Part shown: positions 55,560 to 64,000 of the stretch, piece by piece
Position numbering within the stretch: the first letter of the stretch is position 1
How the letters are laid out: each line of letters begins with the position of its first letter
Virus record (IMG/VR): IMGVR_UViG_3300012933_000388
Coordinates: 1-64,000 of that record
DNA from: a virus
Taxonomy: Duplodnaviria; Heunggongvirae; Uroviricota; Caudoviricetes
DNA: 64,000 nucleotides
Direction: 5' to 3' (one strand)
Notes under the pieces: generated by a model
What the model was told of the DNA's origin: nothing
Databases searched by the model: none
The model's input: the letters and a program-made list of their open reading frames with translations, nothing else
Program-made: the position numbers and the translations under genes

Positions 55560-56458
55560 TAGAAATGGGTAAAATGGGGTTTGTGTGGTGGTTTGGTATA
55601 GTGGAGGACGTAATGGACCCACTTCAGATCGGCCGTGTAAAGGTTCGAGTGTACCACTTCTACTCGCTAAACGATTCGGTGCTACCTACTGATGAACTGC
55701 CATGGGCTCACGTCGTGATGCCAACAACCAGTGCAAGCTACCAAGGCAAAGGATGGAGTCCTACGTTCATCCGCCCAGATAGTACCGTGTTCGGGTTCTT
55801 CGTTGATGGCCCAGAAGGACAGATGCCGATTGTGTTAGGAACGTATCCTGGCATTCCACAACCCAATCCAGACTTCACAGATACTGATAACCTCAGCGTA
55901 GACACACATGATGTTAGTCAACTCGCTCGTGGTGTTAATAAGCTAGCTACAGCAAAAGAAGAGATCCGCTCGAAGGAGCGCTCGAAGGAGTCTGAGCCGA
56001 TGGAGCCGCCTCCATCAAATACGTTCAGAGCACAATACCCATATAACAAAGTGTTTGAGTCAGAACGTGGTCATGCCGTTGAAATGGATGACACACCAGG
56101 CGCCGAACGAATCCATGTATACCACAATAGTGGCTCATTTATTGAGATGAATACTGGATTGACGATCGATAAAACTAACGGTATTCGAGTCAACACTGCG
56201 ACTGTTGGGCATTGGACTAAGAGTAACGGAGATATGTTCCTCGTTGCGGACGGAGCATTGCAGATATTCGCCAAAGGCGCAATAACGATATCTTCGGAAA
56301 AACAAATATCGATGAATGCCCCACTGATAAATATAAGCGGCACGATTGCTACATCGATTACTGGGGGAGCAACTCTTTCTATGTCGTCTACAGGTATGAC
56401 GACTGTTAGTGGATTAGTTGCGTTGTATCTGAACCCAGGCGCAGTAAGTGCAGCATAA
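55556..56458 (+). CDS. 5: gp5-like baseplate spike (OB-fold plus beta-helix, no lysozyme domain)
   Basis: WWFGIVEDVMDPLQIGRVKVRVYHFYS...LPWAHVVMPTTSAS matches the gp5/VgrG OB-fold N-terminus. C-terminal Gly/Thr/Ser beta-helix repeats. 300 aa. Confidence 0.6.
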   Translation: MIEMGKMGFVWWFGIVEDVMDPLQIGRVKVRVYHFYSLNDSVLPTDELPWAHVVMPTTSASYQGKGWSPTFIRPDSTVFGFFVDGPEGQMPIVLGTYPGIPQPNPDFTDTDNLSVDTHDVSQLARGVNKLATAKEEIRSKERSKESEPMEPPPSNTFRAQYPYNKVFESERGHAVEMDDTPGAERIHVYHNSGSFIEMNTGLTIDKTNGIRVNTATVGHWTKSNGDMFLVADGALQIFAKGAITISSEKQISMNAPLINISGTIATSITGGATLSMSSTGMTTVSGLVALYLNPGAVSAA

Positions 56459-56475
56459 GAATAAACGGAGATTGT

Positions 56476-56748
56476 ATGGTAAGACCAGTAGGACGAGTTG
56501 GAGTAGATTTAGCGGGGGGCGTACTTGCTACCCCACTGTATCCTAACGTCACCGTCAACGGTGCCCCAATCGCCGTCGTTAAAACAAAAATTACACCACA
56601 TGGGCCTTCGCCTCACAACGTATCGATGATGGCTACTGGTAGTCCTAATGTATTTGTTGGGGCAGCAAGAACTCCAGTGTGCTCTGCGGGCGATATTGCA
56701 ACTTGCGGACACCCTCTAATATCAAAATCAAACGTGTTTGTAAACTAA
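56476..56748 (+). CDS. 5.4: PAAR-repeat spike tip protein (gp5.4-like)
   Basis: 90 aa with PAAR-like pattern: GAPIAV...HGPSPH...GSPNVFVGAARTPVCSAGDIATCGHPLISKSNVFVN. Confidence 0.65.
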   Translation: MVRPVGRVGVDLAGGVLATPLYPNVTVNGAPIAVVKTKITPHGPSPHNVSMMATGSPNVFVGAARTPVCSAGDIATCGHPLISKSNVFVN

Positions 56749-56749
56749 C

Positions 56750-57178
56750 ATGACAATAACAACAGTAGCAGATAGATACACATCGACTGACATTAAGACC
56801 GAGCTATTCAGCGATCTAGGCGTCAACTTTCAATTGCATCCCGGTAAGCGGGATCTCGTTCGTTTAACGGATGAGAGCTCTGTCAAGCGATCGATTGTTA
56901 ATTTGTTATTGACTGACTATCACGAGCGATTCCATCAGCCATATCTTGGCGCTAACATTAAGCATTTGTTGTTTGAACCGGCCACTGAAGACACATTGTC
57001 CCTACTAAGACATAGAATTTTGACTTGTATTAGTAAATTCGAGCCACGCGCAAATGTAATCTCGTTGAGAGTGACTACAACCCCTGATGAGCACCACGTT
57101 CAAGTGAATATGGTGTTTAGTGTAGTGAACACCTCAACCCCTGTATCACTTAACCTCCTTCTTAATAGAGTACGATAA
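56750..57178 (+). CDS. 25: gp25-like baseplate wedge protein (GPW/gp25 family)
   Basis: C-terminus VQVNMVFSVVNTSTPVSLNLLLNRVR parallels T4 gp25 VEIRFSVIDNPDDIEQIKLQLASSNRV. Central RSIVNLLLT. Confidence 0.7.
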   Translation: MTITTVADRYTSTDIKTELFSDLGVNFQLHPGKRDLVRLTDESSVKRSIVNLLLTDYHERFHQPYLGANIKHLLFEPATEDTLSLLRHRILTCISKFEPRANVISLRVTTTPDEHHVQVNMVFSVVNTSTPVSLNLLLNRVR

Positions 57179-58986
57179 TGGCCAATAGTAACGGTTCAGT
57201 CAACCTTGTCAATCTAGACTTTGATACCCTAAAGTCATCATTTAAATCATATCTGAGCTCACAGACGGCGTTTCGGGACTACAACCTCGAAGGATCGAAC
57301 CTGAGTGTGTTGCTCGATGTGATGGCATACAACACATATATCAACTCATTCTACTTAAACATGGTAGCGAGCGAGATGTATTTGGATACAGCACAGCTGA
57401 GAGCTAGTGTAATATCGCACGCTAAAGAATTAAACTATACTCCTCGTTCGTTTAGATCGGCCAAGGCTATTGTTAATCTAGCCATTGCGCCAACCAATCC
57501 GACCGGAATTACTACAGTTACTGTTCCGCGTGGAACATCCTTCACTAGTAAGGTTGGCTCAAACACATATACGTTCACAGTTCCAGATAACTTGCTGATC
57601 ACTGGTTCGATCGATGGCGTCTTTTATGCAAGCAACGTTGCGTTGTATGAAGGATCGTTGATTACTGACACGTTTGTATATAACTCATCTAACGAGGGAC
57701 AGCGTTTCATCTTGTCAAACCCGACCGTAGATACCACAAGCCTGCGTGTATATGTTACTGAGAACAATGGTAGTTCGGTATTGCAATATCAACAAGCAAC
57801 ATCATACTTGGGCATGACAGCATCGACCCAAGGATTCTTCGTGCAAGCTGCTGAGAATGATTTGTATGAGATATTATTCGGTAATGGCGAGCAAGGACGT
57901 ATGCCTAGCCATGGAGCAATTATTTCCGTCGTATATCAAGTAGGTAATGGTGAGTTGCCAAACGGATGTAGTATATTCTCCAGCGATGATGCTATTGACG
58001 GCCACACCAATGTACGCGTGACTACAGTTCAAGACGCAATGGGAGGAGCCGTCCACGAAACGACACAGATGATTAGACGCAATGCGCCTAGATTCTATCA
58101 AACTCAAGAACGTGCCGTTACAGCCACCGACTACCAAACACTGCTCCAGCTTGCATATCCTGAAATTTCTGCAATTTATGTGTATGGGGGCGAAGAAGCT
58201 CAACCACCCCGATATGGTAAGGTGTTGGTATCTGTCGACATCGATAACGCCGATGGTGTATCTGACTCGAAGAAGGAAGAGTACAGAAAGTTTCTCAAAA
58301 CTAGATGTCCATTGACGATTGATCCTATCTTTATCGATCCTGAATTCCTGAACGTGGAAGTGTATAGCAATGTGTCTTATAACATCAACACGACTCCTGT
58401 ATCTGAGTCTGAGCTCATTTCAGCAATCAAGACTAAGGTTAGAGTATTCAACGAGCAAACGCTGAATGACTTCAACGCGGTATGTCGCTATTCAAAGCTC
58501 GTCAATGAAATCGATGCTACATCAGAGCACGTCATTAGTAATAGCACAGATCTGATGGTGTATAAGGAGTTGAATCCTACACTAAACTCTACAGAACCGT
58601 TTACGGTCAGCTTTTATAATAAACTCAAGTCGACACAGTCGTCTAGCACGCTTCACTCGTATACAGACAGTCACACAGTATCATCTACGTATTTTACATA
58701 CCAAGGCAACACCTGTAAGATAGAAGATGATGGGTATGGTGTGATACGTATCGTGGCACTCACCTATGGTACCACTGGTCATACTACTATAGTTAATATT
58801 GGTACTGTTGATTATGATACTGGTACTATTGTATTTGAGGGCGGTCTGCCGATCTCTGCATATGAAGGACCGTATATCCGCCTGCGTGTTGTCACTGATA
58901 GTAAGGACATCGACGCATCGCAGAATAACATTATCAGAATCAAGGATGATGACATTTACATCAACGTAACTGGTGAGCGTGCATAA
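57178..58986 (+). CDS. 6: gp6-like baseplate wedge protein
   Basis: TAFRDYNLEGSNLSVLLDVMAYNTYINSFY aligns with T4 gp6 NEFLDYDFEGSRLNVLCDLLAYNTLYIQQF. 602 aa. Confidence 0.75.
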   Translation: MANSNGSVNLVNLDFDTLKSSFKSYLSSQTAFRDYNLEGSNLSVLLDVMAYNTYINSFYLNMVASEMYLDTAQLRASVISHAKELNYTPRSFRSAKAIVNLAIAPTNPTGITTVTVPRGTSFTSKVGSNTYTFTVPDNLLITGSIDGVFYASNVALYEGSLITDTFVYNSSNEGQRFILSNPTVDTTSLRVYVTENNGSSVLQYQQATSYLGMTASTQGFFVQAAENDLYEILFGNGEQGRMPSHGAIISVVYQVGNGELPNGCSIFSSDDAIDGHTNVRVTTVQDAMGGAVHETTQMIRRNAPRFYQTQERAVTATDYQTLLQLAYPEISAIYVYGGEEAQPPRYGKVLVSVDIDNADGVSDSKKEEYRKFLKTRCPLTIDPIFIDPEFLNVEVYSNVSYNINTTPVSESELISAIKTKVRVFNEQTLNDFNAVCRYSKLVNEIDATSEHVISNSTDLMVYKELNPTLNSTEPFTVSFYNKLKSTQSSSTLHSYTDSHTVSSTYFTYQGNTCKIEDDGYGVIRIVALTYGTTGHTTIVNIGTVDYDTGTIVFEGGLPISAYEGPYIRLRVVTDSKDIDASQNNIIRIKDDDIYINVTGERA

Positions 58987-61900
58987 TGAGTATACTTCTA
59001 CACGATAAGATCTCGCCTTTAATTGAATCGCAGTTTCCTGCCTTTTATAGGGAGGAAGGTCCTCAATTCGTTGCATTCGTAAAGGCATATTATGAATGGC
59101 TCGAGCAGACGAATAACCCACTGTATCATTCGCGCCATCTGCTGGACTATAAAGACATCGACCTCACGCTGGATGAGTTCGTACCTCACTTTGCATACAA
59201 ATACTTACACGGAACACAAACTTCAAAGATCGCATCTCAGCGTGATCTGATTAAACACTCACATGATCTTTACCAAACTAAAGGGACGATACAGTCGCTT
59301 GAGTTGGTATTTCGGATGTTGTTCGATCAGGATATTGAAGTGTATTATCCTGGAGATGATATTCTCCGAGCATCCGATGGTGTGTGGATTATCCCAAAAT
59401 ATATCGAGTTGTCTGTTAGCGACAAGGCTAGAGAGTTCGTCGGTAAGGATATTATAGGTAACTTGTCTGGATCAAGAGCGTTCGTTGAACGTGTCGATCG
59501 TAAAGTATTTGATGGTCGCGTTATCGATGTTGCATATTTGTCTAACGTACAACCAAACGTTGATACTGGTGCCACGTTCGTTTATGGTGAATATATCTCG
59601 ACTGATGGTATCATCAAGGATGCACCACGTGTAGTCGGATCATTAACTCGTGTTAACATCACGTCCTCAGGAAGTGGTTTTGCTGAGGGTGAAGTTGTAG
59701 ATATCGTATCTGACCGTCGTGGCCATAAAGGTACAGCGCGTGTAACTTCCGTTGGTAATAGAACTGGTGAAGTTAACTATAGATTGCTAGATGGGGGATA
59801 TGGGTATACGTTGAACGCCAACGTGTCTGGTATTTCCCAGAAGGTGTATGTGTCAGCCAACGTGCTATCGCTCACGTCGTTCACAAGCAGTAACACCTTC
59901 ACTAAAGGATTTCCAGAGTTTAGTACAATCGTCCAGCCTTTGACTGAGTTGTCATTCAGCACAGCCAACACCACATTCGCTGCGGGCGATATGATATATG
60001 GTACTACCAATACAACATCGAATGTCATAACTACTGGTTTTGTGTTGTCGGTTTCGCAAGCATTGGGATCTGGTACTCTATTGATATCCCCTCACACTAC
60101 AGCATTTGTTGATATCGATACTGTACAATTTGCTAATACGATCACGGGATCGTTTGCACTTGGCGAATCCATATATCAAACGAACAACAGCGGCAACTCA
60201 GCTGTTGGTGTTATCGTCGAAGCTAACTCTACGGTGATTGTTATTGATCAAAAGTATGGTCCTTTTGCAAATGGCGAACTGCTTGTTGGTAGCACGTCAG
60301 GAGCAACGGCCAACGCAACTGCTGTTAACACACGCGTATCTGACAACACCAATTTTACAGATAGTAATGTTACTCGAATCGTGATTGGTGAGACTGATCA
60401 GGGAGCGTATGTAACGGGAGCAACCGACGAGACGGCTTCAGCTAACGTCGTTGGATCCAATACTGGAGCTGTTGGGGTATTCAACATAACTAACAATTTC
60501 CGTGGCGGATCGTTTGCGCGCGTATACTCTCCTACCACTGGAGCGACGGCTGATATTACCGTAACAAGTAGTGGATATCCGGGACAATTTAAGATCGGTG
60601 CTATTGCAAACACGGAAGTTGTGTACCTTGGTGCGGATATGTTGAATGCTAATAATTCATCCAACGTGAGCTTCCTATCAGTCAATCTCGACGATCCTAC
60701 GTATGGGTTTTCAGCTAATGCTTCGGCAAACCTATCATCCGTACTTGCGTCTGCGTTCACTAAAAACCCATATACAATTGGTACGATTTTGTCGTTGACT
60801 GAACGTAACCCTGGTTTCGACAACACAGCTAAGCCGTTTGTTGTGGAGATTGAGCAGGTTGTGGCATCGTATGGTAAACGTAGCCGACTGACAGCAGGCG
60901 TAATTAATAGAGTGGGATCATACGGTATCGGCGAGACTGTAACTCAAACAATTAGCCTACCGCTTGCCAACGTTGGTATTACTAATGCAAGCAATACGTT
61001 CAATTTTAGCAGTAGAGAAACTATCAAACAAGTGCGTGCAGATGGGCACACTACATTTGGTGACCTATACACAACATCTGTTGTGGGTGCGAATGGATCA
61101 ATACGAATATTTGTTGCGAACACAGCGAACACATTTGACGCCTCAAACACGATCGTAGGTTTGGTATCCGGAAGTACTGCTAATGTGGTGTCGGTCGGTA
61201 TCACTAATACGAATATCGTTGCAGCGGGCATTGTTCGAGGTACTTTTGAAAATCAAATCGACATTCAACGAACCACGTTCACAGACTTCGTCAGAGATCT
61301 GCAGCTTTATGGATCTGAAACAGGTACAACATCTACTGTGATCACGCTCCAGGAAGATTCTTCCTCTGGGGTACTCGGCAATAATGCTTTCGTCGATCCA
61401 GAAGCAGGCATCTCCGACGGTCGAATTAATACACTCGAAGTGTTAGACTCAGGGTTCCTATATGAGGAAGGTGAACCGGTAATTGTGTCGGCACCAGGCA
61501 ATCAGATTACCGCTGCCGGTATTGCTCGTGTTGAGACTTATGGTACCTCACAAGGATATTGGAGAGGGGATCGTGGCACACTCGATAGTACTAAACGAAT
61601 TCAAGACAATGAATATTATCAAGAATACTCATATGAGATCCAGACTGGTCTTGATAAAGACAAATATGAGTCAGCAGTCAAGAGTCTAGCGCACGTCGTC
61701 GGCACAAAGATGTTTAGCAAATATGTCAACGTTTCTACGTCTAGTAAGCCTGTAGCAGCCGCTAATGCCACATACAATCGTATCACAACACTAACACTAA
61801 CGGGTGTATCGGGCACGTTTGCAAACAACGAAGTAGTTTCGCAGGCCGCCAATACTGCAAACGGTCGTGTTATATCGTTTAATGCGTCGCTAAATACATT

Positions 61901-62006
61901 GCAGCTAGTTGACACTACAGGATCGTTTATTGCAGCGGGAGTAGTAACAGGAGCAAACTCAACAGCTACCGGTACGATCTCCAGTACAAACCTTTTGTTT
62001 ATATAA
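58986..62006 (+). CDS. large baseplate/fiber structural protein (gp7-like by position, tentative)
   Basis: 1006 aa with repeated G..TGATANATAV-type beta-rich segments. Coupled to gp6. Confidence 0.4.
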   Translation: MSILLHDKISPLIESQFPAFYREEGPQFVAFVKAYYEWLEQTNNPLYHSRHLLDYKDIDLTLDEFVPHFAYKYLHGTQTSKIASQRDLIKHSHDLYQTKGTIQSLELVFRMLFDQDIEVYYPGDDILRASDGVWIIPKYIELSVSDKAREFVGKDIIGNLSGSRAFVERVDRKVFDGRVIDVAYLSNVQPNVDTGATFVYGEYISTDGIIKDAPRVVGSLTRVNITSSGSGFAEGEVVDIVSDRRGHKGTARVTSVGNRTGEVNYRLLDGGYGYTLNANVSGISQKVYVSANVLSLTSFTSSNTFTKGFPEFSTIVQPLTELSFSTANTTFAAGDMIYGTTNTTSNVITTGFVLSVSQALGSGTLLISPHTTAFVDIDTVQFANTITGSFALGESIYQTNNSGNSAVGVIVEANSTVIVIDQKYGPFANGELLVGSTSGATANATAVNTRVSDNTNFTDSNVTRIVIGETDQGAYVTGATDETASANVVGSNTGAVGVFNITNNFRGGSFARVYSPTTGATADITVTSSGYPGQFKIGAIANTEVVYLGADMLNANNSSNVSFLSVNLDDPTYGFSANASANLSSVLASAFTKNPYTIGTILSLTERNPGFDNTAKPFVVEIEQVVASYGKRSRLTAGVINRVGSYGIGETVTQTISLPLANVGITNASNTFNFSSRETIKQVRADGHTTFGDLYTTSVVGANGSIRIFVANTANTFDASNTIVGLVSGSTANVVSVGITNTNIVAAGIVRGTFENQIDIQRTTFTDFVRDLQLYGSETGTTSTVITLQEDSSSGVLGNNAFVDPEAGISDGRINTLEVLDSGFLYEEGEPVIVSAPGNQITAAGIARVETYGTSQGYWRGDRGTLDSTKRIQDNEYYQEYSYEIQTGLDKDKYESAVKSLAHVVGTKMFSKYVNVSTSSKPVAAANATYNRITTLTLTGVSGTFANNEVVSQAANTANGRVISFNASLNTLQLVDTTGSFIAAGVVTGANSTATGTISSTNLLFI

Positions 62007-62008
62007 GC

Positions 62009-63769
62009 ATGTCAAAAATATTCACTACAAAATTTAGAACAGCGGTTGTTGGTAGAATTATAACTACCAATCCAATATTCTACATGTTCCTTGGGAAGTC
62101 GCAAGAATTCCCAGACGACCTCAATCCTCCTGTGCCTACCGATCGTATATCGGAGACATATACAGGAGCATATGATTCGATGATCGTTGCTAAGTCCATC
62201 AAGACTACTGATATGTCTCCTATGATTCCACGCATTGACTGGCAAGCTGGGGTAGGGTATAAGGCATATCGTCAAGATTCTGGCTCGCTGTATGGAAACA
62301 ACTTTTATGTGTCCGTCAACTCCGGTAGTGGGTATGATGTGTTTAAGTGTTTAAGTAACAACGGCGTATTGTCTACCGTTCCACCGGACGCTACTGCAAC
62401 ATCCCCTTCCGATGATGTATATGAGACGTCGGATGGGTACCAGTGGAAATTCATGTACACTGTACCTAACGCAGTATTTACAAAATTTGCATCTAAAGAT
62501 TATATCCCAGTTTTTGCAAACGCCGCAGTCGTGGCCGCCGCCCAGCCTGGATCGATCGATTATGTTCAAGTAACGTATGGTGGATCAAATTACGACGCAA
62601 ACGCAAACGGCACCATTCAGGCAACGTCTGTTGGTGGTAATGCTCTAGTGCACATCATCGAATCTTCAGCATCCTCAAATGCTAACTTCTATACTGGGTC
62701 AGCGTTCAAGCTCACTACAGGGACAGGCGCCGGTCAGCAACGTACGGTTGCAGGATATCTGGTGTCAGGATCCACCAGAACTATTGTATTAGACCAGCCG
62801 TTTGATACGTCCCCAGATACCTCATCCACATACGAAATCACACCAAACGTGATAGCAGTTGGTAGTGGTAGCGATTTCCAAGCGCGCGCATTAATTAATA
62901 CAGCTGCTTCAAACTCTGTGTATAAGGTAGAGATTACCAATAGAGGCGTTGGGTATACTCACGGATCCCTATACGTTGCAGGTAACACAGGCGGTGTTAC
63001 AAACTCTGCCGCTGTAGAAGCTATCATTGGTCCTAAGGGTGGCCATGGATCAGATCCCATTAACGAGCTTGGTGGTAGGTATTTGTGTATCACTACCACA
63101 TTTAGTACAGCTGACGTAGAGGCAAACAACAAGGTACTCGACACAAGCAAGTTCCGTTCGATTGGTATTATATCCAATCCACTAATGGCCAACATCGAGT
63201 TGTCCTATACTAGTGCTACCGGTACCTTTATCGTTGGTGAGACCATCACTCAGCCAACCACAAATGCTGTCGGTAAGGTTGTAACCTACTCTGCTAATAC
63301 CATCACTCTGACTAACGTATCACGACACTTCCGCACTGGTAACTCCTCGGTGAATTATATCGTCGGTGGTAATTCTAGTGTGACTGCAGAAGTACTTGCT
63401 GTGAGAAACAACGGTAGTGCTAATCTGGTAGCAAACGTATCATATGCATGTCAACTCACTAAAGTTAATATATCGAGTCTTACAGGTGCGTTCGTACCTA
63501 ATGAGACTGTTACAATGACGGGTAACGTTGCAACATCCAATGCTGTTGTATATTTTGCTAACACATCCCAAGTGTGGTTAACTGAAGTTAGAGGAACTGT
63601 GGGTACCACAGTAGCTAGCTTGACTTCGGGGGCTTCTGCTCCTGTCGATTCCGTAATACCTCCTGATATTATATACGGAACTGGTGATATTTTCTATATG
63701 GAGAATTTTTCGCCGATAAATAAGTCATCAGGTCAAACAGAATCAATCAAAGCTATTATAGAATTCTAA
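62009..63769 (+). CDS. baseplate/fiber structural protein (unassigned)
   Basis: 586 aa, Gly/Thr/Ser/Asn-rich. Confidence 0.4.
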   Translation: MSKIFTTKFRTAVVGRIITTNPIFYMFLGKSQEFPDDLNPPVPTDRISETYTGAYDSMIVAKSIKTTDMSPMIPRIDWQAGVGYKAYRQDSGSLYGNNFYVSVNSGSGYDVFKCLSNNGVLSTVPPDATATSPSDDVYETSDGYQWKFMYTVPNAVFTKFASKDYIPVFANAAVVAAAQPGSIDYVQVTYGGSNYDANANGTIQATSVGGNALVHIIESSASSNANFYTGSAFKLTTGTGAGQQRTVAGYLVSGSTRTIVLDQPFDTSPDTSSTYEITPNVIAVGSGSDFQARALINTAASNSVYKVEITNRGVGYTHGSLYVAGNTGGVTNSAAVEAIIGPKGGHGSDPINELGGRYLCITTTFSTADVEANNKVLDTSKFRSIGIISNPLMANIELSYTSATGTFIVGETITQPTTNAVGKVVTYSANTITLTNVSRHFRTGNSSVNYIVGGNSSVTAEVLAVRNNGSANLVANVSYACQLTKVNISSLTGAFVPNETVTMTGNVATSNAVVYFANTSQVWLTEVRGTVGTTVASLTSGASAPVDSVIPPDIIYGTGDIFYMENFSPINKSSGQTESIKAIIEF

Positions 63770-63780
63770 GGAAGAGCTAC

Positions 63781-64000
63781 ATGCCATTAGACAAACAGGC
63801 AACGACCCTAAGACAGTCGCCATATTTCGACGATTACGACGAAACGAAAAATTTCCACAGAGTGTTGTTCAAGCCCTCGGTGGCTGTACAGGCTCGTGAG
63901 TTGACTCAACTGCAAACCATCTTGCAGTCGCAGATTGAGCGATTCGGTGATAACATTTACCAGACAGGAACAATCATCAAGGGTTGTTCCTTGATTACAG
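63781..64000 (+). CDS. structural protein, N-terminal fragment (runs off the window)
   Basis: ATG at 63781 (MPLDKQATTLRQSPYFDDYDETKNFHRVLF...) is open to the window end. Confidence 0.3.
   Translation, partial: MPLDKQATTLRQSPYFDDYDETKNFHRVLFKPSVAVQARELTQLQTILQSQIERFGDNIYQTGTIIKGCSLIT

Noticed and set aside
1-64000. Search for canonical tRNA genes, an rRNA, an integrase or a CRISPR array.
   Set aside because: No cloverleaf-compatible region with a T-loop GTTCGA/GTTCAA plus matching acceptor stems was seen, other than the tmRNA halves. No tyrosine- or serine-recombinase-like ORF was recognised.

Overview
This window is a T4-like myovirus genome segment: an early/middle region on the + strand, a late tail-fiber gene on the - strand, and the edge of a baseplate cluster. 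It shows clear homologs of T4 gp59, gp32, gp4, gp53, gp5 (OB-fold), gp5.4 (PAAR), gp25 and gp6. All homology calls rest on motifs I recognised by eye and recalled alignments; no database search was possible.

Layout:
- 1-3.3 kb: accessory enzymes, namely an Rnl2-type RNA ligase, a Toprim protein, a sulfotransferase-family protein, a Pnk-like P-loop kinase and a secreted PBP-like DD-peptidase.
- 3.8-7.1 kb (- strand): a 1097-aa tail fiber gene.
- 7.1-26.6 kb (+ strand): about 70 tightly packed small early ORFs, many with ATGA/TAATG start-stop overlaps. Notable ones: a type IV pilin-like protein, an SPFH lipoprotein, a SLOG/DUF2493 protein, a GatB/YqeY-like protein, a Lar-family restriction-alleviation protein and a six-member paralogous KFAELL..KHFG family.
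- 26.6-29.8 kb: a NUMOD3 homing-endonuclease-like gene, followed by a very AT-rich about 2.1-kb cassette bounded by GGAAACAAAAGYGCCA direct repeats. The cassette holds divergent consensus promoters, a three-gene operon of tiny proteins, three highly acidic small proteins and GAAA-tetraloop terminators.
- 29.8-41 kb: at least 14 small + strand genes, each preceded by a near-identical sigma70-type promoter module (TTGACC-N17-TATAAT-AGAGTCA). The region also includes a small alarmone (ppGpp) hydrolase, a lone - strand GT9-like glycosyltransferase, and a DUF932 (WHGLG) protein with a winged-helix neighbour.
- 43.0-43.45 kb: what appears to be a circularly permuted two-piece tmRNA gene (tag ANESSYALAA).
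- 43.7-46.5 kb: SleB-like hydrolase, holin-like protein, gp59 and gp32.
- 46.5-64 kb: structural module, with SLT-domain virion protein, gp4, gp53, hub/spike/PAAR, gp25, gp6 and large baseplate or fiber proteins.

No CRISPR array, rRNA or canonical tRNA gene was seen.
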